37,434 nt of DNA, from the NCBI GenBank assembly GCA_031267055.1, contig JAIRZV010000016.1, forward strand, positions 1 to 37,434, written 5' to 3'. The DNA comes from Candidatus Margulisiibacteriota bacterium. GTDB lineage: Bacteria; Margulisbacteria; Termititenacia; Termititenacales; Termititenacaceae. The position numbers were made by a program, and so were the translations under genes. Numbering within the stretch: position 1 is the stretch's first letter; every line of letters starts with the position of its first letter. Positions 1 to 9,000 of this stretch are shown here, piece after piece. The notes under the pieces were generated by a model, which was not told where the DNA came from, searched no databases, and saw nothing but the letters and a program-made list of their open reading frames with translations.

Positions 1-1
1 A

Positions 2-130
2 CGTCTGGAGCGTGATGTCACAGTGCATCTGGCTGGCGGAGTTTTAAAAATTTCCTGGGACGCTGACGATAATCATGTGTCGATGTCCGGCCCGGCTTTT
101 GAGGTTTTTAAAGGCGAGGTGCTCTTGTAA
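2..130 (+). CDS. dapF: Diaminopimelate epimerase, C-terminal fragment (5' truncated by window)
   Basis: Frame 2 reads RLERDVTVHLAGGVLKISWDADDNHVSMSGPAFEVFKGEVLL*, matching the DapF C-terminus (V.LPGG.L.I.W...V.M.GPA..VF.G). Stop TAA 128-130 directly abuts the dapL ATG. Not in the ORF track. Confidence 0.88.
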   Translation, partial: RLERDVTVHLAGGVLKISWDADDNHVSMSGPAFEVFKGEVLL

Positions 131-1315
131 ATGGTCGAACGCAATCCTAATTTTGCCAGACTGCAAGCCGGTTATTTATTTCCCGAGATCGCCAGACGCC
201 GCCGCACTTTACTGGAGAAACAGCCTGACGCCAAAATTATCAGTCTTGGTATCGGCAATACTACCGAACCGTTGACGCCAGAGATCACCAAAAGCTTGGT
301 GGACGCGGCCGCGCGGTTGGGCACGGCGGACGGTTATTCCGGCTACGGCGATGAACAAGGGCTGCTTGCCCTGCGCGAGCAAATTGCCAAAGTTTTGTAC
401 AAAGACCTGATCCATGCCGAGGAGATCACTATTTCTGACGGCGCGAAATGTGATATCGGGCGGCTGCAAATTTTATTTGGCAGCCGGGCAACTGTGGCCG
501 TGCAGGATCCAGCCTATCCGGTCTATGTCGACGGCTCGATCATCGCCGGCGCGGACTCCGGTTTACAGTACATGACCTGCCGGCCGGAAAATAATTTTTT
601 TCCGGACTTGAGCAAATTGCCACGCGTGAACTTGATCTATTTCTGCTCGCCGAATAATCCCACCGGCGCAGTGGCGACCAAAGCGCAGCTGGTGGAATTG
701 GTAAAATTTGCCTGCAGGAATAAATCTATAATAATTTTTGACGCGGCGTACAGCGAGTTCATCGCGGACAGGGATTTGCCGCGGAGTATTTATGAAATAG
801 ACGGCGCGGACGAGGTGGCGATAGAGGTCAATTCTTTTTCCAAATCGATCGGCTTTACCGGTGTGCGTCTGGGCTGGTGCGTGGTACCGCGGAAATTAAA
901 ATTTGCGGACGGCACGGAAATACTCCAAGACTGGACGCGCGTTATTACCACGCTTTTCAACGGTGCGTCGAATATCGCCCAGTATGGCGGTTTGGCCGCG
1001 CTGACCGCGACCGGCCGTCAGGAAACCCAAACGCTGATCGCCTATTATCGGGAAAACGCGCGGCTCATCCGTGAGGGTTTGCAGGCTTTGAATATTCAGA
1101 CCTACGGCGGTGTAAACTCTCCGTATATCTGGGCGCATTTCCCGGCGCAAAAATCCTGGGATGTTTTTGCGAAAATTCTTAATGAAGCCCAGGTCGTGAC
1201 CACACCGGGCGCCGGTTTTGGCCCGGCAGGCGAGAGTTTTATCCGCTTCAGCTCATTTGGCCGCAAAGCTGATGTACAGGAAGCAATGCGGCGATTGCGG
1301 CCGGTTTTGGCTTGA
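131..1315 (+). CDS. dapL: LL-diaminopimelate aminotransferase (PLP-dependent)
   Basis: Motifs LQAGYLFPEI, IISLGIGNTTEP, GYSGYGDEQG, SDGAKCD, YPVYVD, FCSPNNPTG, DAAY, SFSKSIGFTGVRLGW (PLP lysine), PGAGFGPAGE; adjacent to dapF. Confidence 0.96.
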   Translation: MVERNPNFARLQAGYLFPEIARRRRTLLEKQPDAKIISLGIGNTTEPLTPEITKSLVDAAARLGTADGYSGYGDEQGLLALREQIAKVLYKDLIHAEEITISDGAKCDIGRLQILFGSRATVAVQDPAYPVYVDGSIIAGADSGLQYMTCRPENNFFPDLSKLPRVNLIYFCSPNNPTGAVATKAQLVELVKFACRNKSIIIFDAAYSEFIADRDLPRSIYEIDGADEVAIEVNSFSKSIGFTGVRLGWCVVPRKLKFADGTEILQDWTRVITTLFNGASNIAQYGGLAALTATGRQETQTLIAYYRENARLIREGLQALNIQTYGGVNSPYIWAHFPAQKSWDVFAKILNEAQVVTTPGAGFGPAGESFIRFSSFGRKADVQEAMRRLRPVLA

Positions 1316-1386
1316 TGTCTCACTTACGCTCGACACCCCACCAGTCTGCCGCTTACGCGCCAGCCAGCCTTAGTAAAGGAGCCAAT

Positions 1387-1449
1387 ATGCTGATTCTGCA
1401 ATCTTTTGCCGTGGTAAACTCAGACAATTGGTTCGAATTTGTGTTGTAG
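1387..1449 (+). CDS. Possible 20-aa small ORF MLILQSFAVVNSDNWFEFVL (or gene remnant)
   Basis: AAGGAG at 1376-1381, ATG 1387, TAG 1447-1449; its 3' two-thirds is the left 45-bp repeat. No family recognised. Confidence 0.25.
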   Translation: MLILQSFAVVNSDNWFEFVL

Positions 1450-1450
1450 G
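1406..1450 (+). repeat. 45-bp direct repeat, left copy (att/target-duplication-like)
   Basis: TTGCCGTGGTAAACTCAGACAATTGGTTCGAATTTGTGTTGTAGG is identical to 2907-2951. Confidence 0.95.
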
Positions 1451-1503
1451 CCTATTCCGACATAGCGGTGGTCAAGGAACAATCGACGGTCACTGTTGCT
1501 TTC

Positions 1504-1545
1504 TTAGCAAAATGTGTTATATTTTTGTATAATAATGTGTTATAT
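1504..1545 (+). promoter_or_regulatory. Putative sigma70 promoter of the TA operon with a 12-bp direct-repeat operator
   Basis: TTAGCA (1504-1509), 18-bp spacer, TATAAT (1528-1533); AATGTGTTATAT at 1511-1522 and 1534-1545 flanks the -10 box. Confidence 0.6.
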
Positions 1546-1565
1546 GTTTGCAAAGGGGTTTTGGT

Positions 1566-1979
1566 ATGGCTAGAAGATTATATAACGGCAATTTAACAGT
1601 AGAGGATAGGATTTTGGCGCGAATTAACCGCTCCAGAGCAGCCGTTTTTGTACCCAAAGATTTTCAGGACATTTCTTCCTATCCGCAGGTTTTGCGTGCC
1701 TTGAAACAGCTTGTGAAAGACAGGAAAATCGTCAGATTTGGCTATGGCTCTTATGCTAAAGCAAAAATAAATCCCTTTGACAACCGCTGCTATCCCGCGC
1801 AGGATATGGTCTCCGTAGTGAGGGAGCTTTTTGACAAACTGGGCATTGACTGGGATTACTCGCAAGCGGTCAAGGATTACAATTTAGGATTGTCGATGCA
1901 GATGCCAATGAAAAATTTTTTTGTGTTAAACACCCGTTTTAACCGTAACTTGAAAGGAGCGGAGGAGCTTTATGCCTGA
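1566..1979 (+). CDS. Type IV TA antitoxin / wHTH regulator (DUF6088, AbiEi-like)
   Basis: VFVPKDF.D..SY.QV.RAL..LV....IVR.GYG.YAK pattern typical of DUF6088 antitoxins. ATG 1566 preceded by AAGGGG is preferred to the track's TTG at 1548. Overlaps the toxin start by 8 bp. Confidence 0.8.
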   Translation: MARRLYNGNLTVEDRILARINRSRAAVFVPKDFQDISSYPQVLRALKQLVKDRKIVRFGYGSYAKAKINPFDNRCYPAQDMVSVVRELFDKLGIDWDYSQAVKDYNLGLSMQMPMKNFFVLNTRFNRNLKGAEELYA

Positions 1980-2886
1980 CCAGCAATTGCTTACACAGGT
2001 AGCACAATTCTATGGCTTTCCAGACATCGAGTTTGTGAACAAAGATTTTTATGTGGTGGAAGTCCTAAAAATGTTATCCACCATTCAGCCGGATGTCTGC
2101 GATTTTATTTTTTCCGGCGGCACCTGTCTGTCCAAGGCATACAATTTGATAGAGCGTATGTCCGAAGATGTGGACATAAAAGTTCGTTTGCAAAATAACA
2201 CTATGAGCGCCGGAGTTCTAAGAAAAACCCTGAGCAAAACTAAGCATCAGATAGAGATTGAATTAAAGAAAATGTTTCCGCGGTTTTCCGAAACTGATAT
2301 TTCCGCTGACCATGGCAACAGGCATATTGCCTTTAATATTACTTATCCTGCTGTCCGAGAAACGCCAGTGTTAAGGAACGGCATCAAACTTGAGCTTACT
2401 CAGTCCACGATTAGGCTTGTGCCGATAGCCAAGCCGATCAGTTCTTTGATTACCACAGCCCGGAAAAATCACCCTGATATTGCGGAGTTCTTATGCGTTG
2501 ATCCCTTGGAAACGCTTGCGGAAAAAATTGTCGCCCTACTGAGAAGGATTTGCGCCAGACTGGAGACCGGCAAGCAAAAATTCGATCCAGCGCTTATCCG
2601 CCATGTTTACGATATTCAGGTTATCTACTCTAAAATTGATACTAAAAAACTTGTGCCATTGGCAAGAGAGATAATCCAGCAAGACGCAGAATCTTATCGG
2701 ACCTGGCATCCAAAATGGTCTGCCGATCCGGCCGTTAACACCAAACTTGCTTTGGCGGAATTGAAACAGAATGAATATGCGGATATGTTTGAGAAATATA
2801 CTAAGGTGATGATTTATGCCAGGAAAATACCGAAATATAGCGAAGCATTAAAAACGGTTGCCGAAATTGCGGAAAATATATTTTAA
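1972..2886 (+). CDS. AbiEii/AbiGii-family nucleotidyltransferase toxin
   Basis: KDFYVVEVL, FSGGTCLSKAY.LI.RMSEDVDIK (GGT and SEDxD motifs), ETLAEKIVAL, RHVYDI; GGAGGAG RBS upstream. Confidence 0.92.
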   Translation: MPDQQLLTQVAQFYGFPDIEFVNKDFYVVEVLKMLSTIQPDVCDFIFSGGTCLSKAYNLIERMSEDVDIKVRLQNNTMSAGVLRKTLSKTKHQIEIELKKMFPRFSETDISADHGNRHIAFNITYPAVRETPVLRNGIKLELTQSTIRLVPIAKPISSLITTARKNHPDIAEFLCVDPLETLAEKIVALLRRICARLETGKQKFDPALIRHVYDIQVIYSKIDTKKLVPLAREIIQQDAESYRTWHPKWSADPAVNTKLALAELKQNEYADMFEKYTKVMIYARKIPKYSEALKTVAEIAENIF

Positions 2887-2906
2887 AACGATCAAAGCAC
2901 AGGCGC

Positions 2907-2951
2907 TTGCCGTGGTAAACTCAGACAATTGGTTCGAATTTGTGTTGTAGG
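2907..2951 (+). repeat. 45-bp direct repeat, right copy
   Basis: Identical to 1406-1450; begins 21 bp after the toxin stop codon. Confidence 0.95.
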
Positions 2952-3085
2952 TATAAATTGTGCCTTTTAGGGTATTCTTTTCCTAACGTGAATAGTATTT
3001 AAAATAATGTGGGACGATTTCAGGTTACTTACGATATATTAGTAAGAACTAAAGCCTGAAACTCGAAAATGTTGGGAGTAAGGTA

Positions 3086-6000
3086 ATGTATCAGTATTTG
3101 CTTAAAGTGATCTCCGATAGAGTAGGTCCGCCGGACAGAAGGGAGATTGCTAACTCAAATGTTCCAAATGCTAATAATGCCGAGACTGGATTAGTAGATG
3201 CATATGGGAGAGAACTGGATGCTCGTTCTCCGGCCACTGTGCGCTTGCGTTTGGCAGACGGGACTATTGTTGACGCTGCGGTTTTAGATTATGTGTATGC
3301 CGGACAACAAGTAAAACTTCTTACCGATGGAGCAGGTCGGCCTTTGTTTATTGCCAAGCCTACCGGTTATGACGTGCACGGAAATATTGAATACGAATTT
3401 ATGGAAGTTGTGCGTGATGCCGCCGGAGCTATTCACGGACAACGTATAAAAAGAATACTACTCTTAAATGCCGACGGATCTATTTATCGAACCATAAAAG
3501 AAGAAAAAATAATCCTTAACGACTCTGATTTATCAAGAGTGGTTGTAATTGGCACAAATACTGCGGCGCGGCAAGCTTCGGAAAATGAGCGAAACGGGTT
3601 TGCCGAGGATGGTACCGAGTTTAATGTTAGCGAGCTAAGTAAAGAAATCGGCACCACTTTTAATCTGCGAGTGTACAAAGATGGAGCCGCCGGGGAAGCT
3701 CCTAGTGTTTACACGCGGATAATAAAATTTGGAAACAGTTCGGTGGAAAATCTGGCTGTTTTTGATAAAAATGGGCTTCTTTACGTGGTTATGCCGGGTA
3801 AGGCCGCGGAAACATGGGAACTTCATAGTGCTAGATTTAAGGATGAAGTTCAGAACATGGTAATTATCGGGGCAGAAGTAACCGGCAGCTCACAGGTGAG
3901 TTTTGCCGGGGCGGTTGTGGGGGCTGAAGCGGCACAGATTATGCCGAAAAATAATGCTGCGGCTGCTACTATTAGCGACAATCATATTGAGCCTTCGGGT
4001 TTGACAACAACTCTCACGCAGGCCGGAGAATATTTTCGAGATAATTATAAAGGTCATTTGGCGATAACCCAAAGTCGTAACCCGGCTCATGCTTTTAGAA
4101 AAGAAATAGGCAAAGAAGGCGGCGATTATGATATTGATATATATCCTATTGTTGAAAGGTTATACGAAAAATCGGCTACAAACAAAGAGCTATTGACAGT
4201 AATAGAGGCGATGAACAAGAGCGAAAAGAAGAAGCTGTTGCACTGGCTAGAAAAGAGAGCCAAGGAACTGGAAAAGAAGGTCGAAGAGACTGAACTGTTG
4301 GGTGGTATTAAAAGATATCCGCTGCGCGCTACAGCAGATATTTTAATGCAGCTATTCTTGCGTACGCTGGCGCCGGAGGCTGGCGTTGGTTCGGAGGCTT
4401 TACTGGGCGCGATTAATCAGATGGTTTACAGTTATTTCGGCGGTTCGATGAATTACTTTTTCAAAAGCATGATGGACTACAGCAAAGAAACTCATTATGC
4501 AGATAAGAGCGGCGGCAGTTCATTTGTGCTTGCTATGCATGGTAATCCAGAATTGGGCAGGTTTTTAGGGACAATACCTAAAGAATACACTAGAGAATAT
4601 GTGAACACGGAAGATGCAGCTGGCCGGTATGGCGATACCGGTATTGTCTTGAAAAAACAAGGAGATGGGAGTATTGATTTCCGTTTTAGTTACGCGACAT
4701 CTTTGCAGGACGCCAGAGAGTTTGGGGTTTACATTAACGGCTTGATTGCCCGCGCCGAGCGTGAGCTGGCTGATCTCAAGACCCGAAATTCTGAATATTC
4801 GGCCAAAGAGCAAGAAATCTTTGCGCGCCGCGAGGCTGAGCTGGAAAAATTGAAAGAGTCTTACGGCAAAGATGCTCATGGCCGAGATATAGGTTATTTG
4901 GCACGGGCCGAGAAACTGCTGGATAATTTTGATAAAGAGCTGGAGGCTTTAACGGCCGAATACAAAGACATAGTTGCAGCGCAGGAGCTGCTTGGCAGTT
5001 TGTATTCTATTCGCTATGCCGCGGACAGGCGTTTTTCTTTGTCCGACGCCGGACGCCGTGACCGAGGCTGGGCCGGAATCTGGTATTTTCAACTGGATAA
5101 AAAGAAACCTTTGACTCTGCCAAAGGAAATACAGGATCATAAGGGTGTATATATTCATGAAAAAAATAATATATTACAAGTCAATTATTTTCTGACTAGA
5201 GCTGAGCTGGATGAGTATTTAGTACCGGCTTTGAAAAATGCTGGTTATAGCAATGATTTTATTGAAAAAGTCCGGATTGGTTTCAAAATTGTTGAGTCTG
5301 CCTATTATGCCGAGATTGCCAATAGAGGGCCTTTCACCGAATTGCCGGCGGATCAGCGGCAAAGACAGGTGACGGAAGTCGCCGCTTTCACCAGCGTGAT
5401 CTATGATCTGCCGATCGAGCATCTGTATATCTCATTTATGCAGGAAGAGTATTCACTGCACAAAGTGACGCTTGCTATTCAGGCCAACAGCCCCGAGGAA
5501 ACGCATAGCGCTAACGCTTATGGCAATGCCGCTCATGCCCGCGAGAGAGAGACCAGAGCTAACGCGGTGAACGATACTATAATGACCAGATACAGCAAGG
5601 GACGTTTGGTGCATTTGCTGGAAGAATTGATGTCCGAGATTAGCAAAAAACATATTGAGATCGGCAGCAATCTGGACAATATACTGGAGTCGATCGTCTA
5701 TATGTTTGACGCCAGTAAAACACAATCCCAAGCCGAGCGTCTGCTGGCGGTCAAGGAAATTGTGTTAAATTTTCTGTCCGGCAATTTGGACACCAAAGAA
5801 AAACGCATCGCCACTTTGCAGGCCGCGATCCAGATGGATGATTTTGTTTCTGCCGACGCGCAGAGAAATGAACTGCTCAGTCATAATTACCGTTTATTGG
5901 GGCTTATATTGGCCGATCAGCATGGCCGCCGTATCCCGTGGAATATGATACTTGATGAAGTGCTGCAGGACCCAAGAATTTTTCCGGCGGACGACCGCGA

Positions 6001-9000
6001 GCGCAGCATAATGACAGTTGGTTTTCAGAAGTTAAATATGTTCCAAAACGAAAATGCCGGTAAACGGGGTGCGGTTCCTTACAAGCATCGAGGAATAGTT
6101 ATTAACGATCTTAACGGATACGATCCCGAAACGGAATTTCCTTTAAGGCAGGCCTTGCGCGAGGTCTTGGCGGAAGAACTGAAAAAAGGCCTGATCCTAG
6201 AGGCGCAGATAGACAATACTGTAAATCTCTTGATCACCGCTACGGAGTGGCAGGAAAAATCCGTTCCGCGTATCGCAGAGATCATGAGCGGTTTTTGGAC
6301 GAACGGCCAATTATCCATAGCCGAACAGGACGAATTGCGCGGGCTGTTGCTCCAGTATTTTGCCGTGGATGCCGATGAGATGCAGCGGATCATCAATGAC
6401 TTGATCGCCAATAAAGAAGCGATTAGAAATCGTGAACAACTTTATCTCGATACAGACATCGGCTCAAATCATATCAATCAGATCAATGCTGAAAACTTGG
6501 GACTTAAAGCCTATCTGGGCGTGTACGGTTACGCGCGTGGCTACAATATTTACACCAAGGGTTCCTCTCGTCCCAATATCAGCGAGGCGCTGGCTGCCAA
6601 ACCAAAAGGAGAGAAATTTAGCGAAAAGGAGATTAAAGAATTATTTGGCGCGGCTTTTATGGATTACATGTCCGGCCGTACCGGATCGGACGGCGGCATA
6701 AATGAAGTAACGCGCTGGATCGAGTCAGAACATCTGCTTCTGGGTTTTTCCGACTTGCGCCGCCAGAATGGTATGCAAAAAGCTAGAGAGAGTCGGATAA
6801 TAGATCCGACTTTTGGCAAGCTTAGGCGCAGGCTTGGTTTGAGCGACATAGATAATCAACTCTATTTTCCTGAAAGTCATGGCGAGTTGTATCAGGAATT
6901 AACGCATGTGAAAGAGACGCAAAAAATTCATAACAACGGCACAATGGCCTCCTTGAGCAAAGATAGCCTTGATCATATTGTTAGGAATTATGACACGATA
7001 GGCTATGAGATCATGTCAGCTGTGGCTGAATATGAAGACACAGCTTCGATCGATGCGACTATCGAGAAACTTAAAGCTGCTGGTTTCAATGTTGTTGATT
7101 TAAAGAATATTGAGCCAGAAACTGATAAGGATAAACAGGAATGTATCTATGATCTTGATAAGAGAACAATTACCGTAACGCCAAATGTGGAAGAGCTACG
7201 CAAAACTATAATCAGAGAATTGGACGGGGACAGCCACAAGATCGTGAGTTACAAAAACGGCATGTTTACAATTGAATTTGATGAGGGCACTGAGGGTATG
7301 GCACTATGGTTAGCGGATAGTCTAGAAGCGAAAGGATACACCGCCCGTGCTAACACTAGATGGGTTACAGTCGAGTCCAATATCAATTTGATAACCGACA
7401 TTTTGGGCGCGGAAGGGGAAAAGGTGAAGTACAACAGAGAATTAACTTTTGTCACCAATTCGCGGGATTTTATAAAGTTGATTCTGGATGAAAAACTAAG
7501 TCAGGACGAAGCGAAAGTGCTGGTAACGATTTTTAATAGTCACGCGGAATATGTTTCGGATTTTAAAGGCGAAGAAGAAAGGAAAATGAATTATTTGTCC
7601 GAGGCTTTGAGACGAAAGGTTGTGGAAGTTCTGAAGGACCCGCACGTTGGTCTTTACGCCAGTCTTGATGATATGGAAAAGTGGATCAATGACAAAAGCA
7701 AGGAAAACCTCTGGTTTGCTGGTCAGACGCACCGCGAGCAAGTCAGAGCTTTTTGGCGAGATAGACGCGCCAAACTGAAAATTAAATTGAATGAAGCTAT
7801 CAAAGAATTTGCTGGGGATCATAAGGCGGATATAGAGGGTTTTACAAGTATAAATGCCGATACTTTAACCGACCGCTATATGGAGGTTATCGAGGACGCG
7901 CAAAATCTGCTGCAGGCCACGGCTGACGGCATGCTGCTGGAGATCAACCGCGCGGTCGATAACTACAAAGTGATCGTCGGCCAAAATATACTGGCGCCTG
8001 TATCCGCCGCGGCTGGCCAAAATTTGACTGTCCAGCAAATCCTGCTGAATATGCAGATCGACGGCGCTAACAGCTCGCGGGCTGAATTAGACGCTGTATC
8101 TTCCGGGATAGATTGGATGGGAACCAATGATAAGAAAATCGTGGATGCGCTGAAATTTTTGCTCAGCGTGCCAAAGAATGTAAATAAGCCAAATCAAAGT
8201 GGAGCAGTAGATCCTAAAAACATTCAACTCTCTTTTGCGCAGTTGGCCAACGGCCGCAAGCTGGATAAAGAAAATCCTGTCGGCTATCTGGCCGGAGCTT
8301 TGAAACTGGCCGCGGCGCATCAGCCCGGACAAAAATATGTTCGTTCCAAACACTGGAATATTTTTGTTTCTGACCTATTGAGTTCGATCAGCGTCAACGG
8401 CGGCAGAGAAGCTAAAAATTATACCGGCGCAGAAGCAACGATCAAGACAGTGGCAGAATTGGCCGAACATGACGAAGTTAAAAAGATTTTAGAACTGCTG
8501 AAAGGTCTTTCGGAAAACGAGATACAAAGTTTGATCGATCAAACTGTCGCTTGGCTGGAAGCTGAAGCGCGCTACAAGGCCAGTTTGGAGCCTATTCTGG
8601 AAGGCAAAGGCATGTCCCGTGACACGGCTACAGTGCTGACGGATATGTTGTTTGCGCAGGATACTGAAGATGGTTATCGAGGAGAGCTGTCAGTTAAAGC
8701 CAATGCTATAGAGTTTGTGGACACCTACCATAAGGATAGTTATCCCAAAGGGGCGCATACCACAGGAGAATATGAAATGCCGGACGGCACAAAAGGAAAT
8801 GGGCTCATACTGAACAATGGTATTTTAAGAGATTATATTAAAGCGAGAATTGACGCTCAGTCCGCGCCTAAACGCGCTGAGCTGGATTCTTGGAAGCGCG
8901 AACAGGAATCCATGTTTAACATTATCCGCATTTCGCCCAAATATGACAGCACTTTTAAGCCGGAAACTTTCAACGGGTCTTACATTGGCCTGACGCCGTT

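Larger units (their letters stand above)
1406..2951. mobile_element. Direct-repeat-flanked TA islet without its own integrase
   Basis: Two-gene AbiE-type module exactly bracketed by identical 45-bp repeats, between dapL and the giant operon; no recombinase or transposase ORF inside. Confidence 0.6.

Noticed and set aside
1314-1362. GATGTCTCACTTACGCTCGACA and a repeated CTTACGC after dapL, resembling a REP-like element or terminator
   Set aside because: Only a 4-bp stem, no U-tract and a single copy in the window; insufficient support.
1406-1450. GGTTCGAAT within the 45-bp repeat resembles a tRNA T-loop (tRNA-type attB)
   Set aside because: The flanks (ATTGG / TTGTG) do not form a T-stem, and there is no acceptor stem or CCA, so no tRNA is supported.
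1406-2951. Two identical repeats as a CRISPR array
   Set aside because: Only two copies, 1.5 kb apart, enclosing genes; no spacers or cas genes.
3000-3040. TACGATAT upstream of the giant operon as a sigma-28-like -10 element
   Set aside because: No TAAA -35 element at the expected ~15-bp spacing, so the promoter cannot be assigned.
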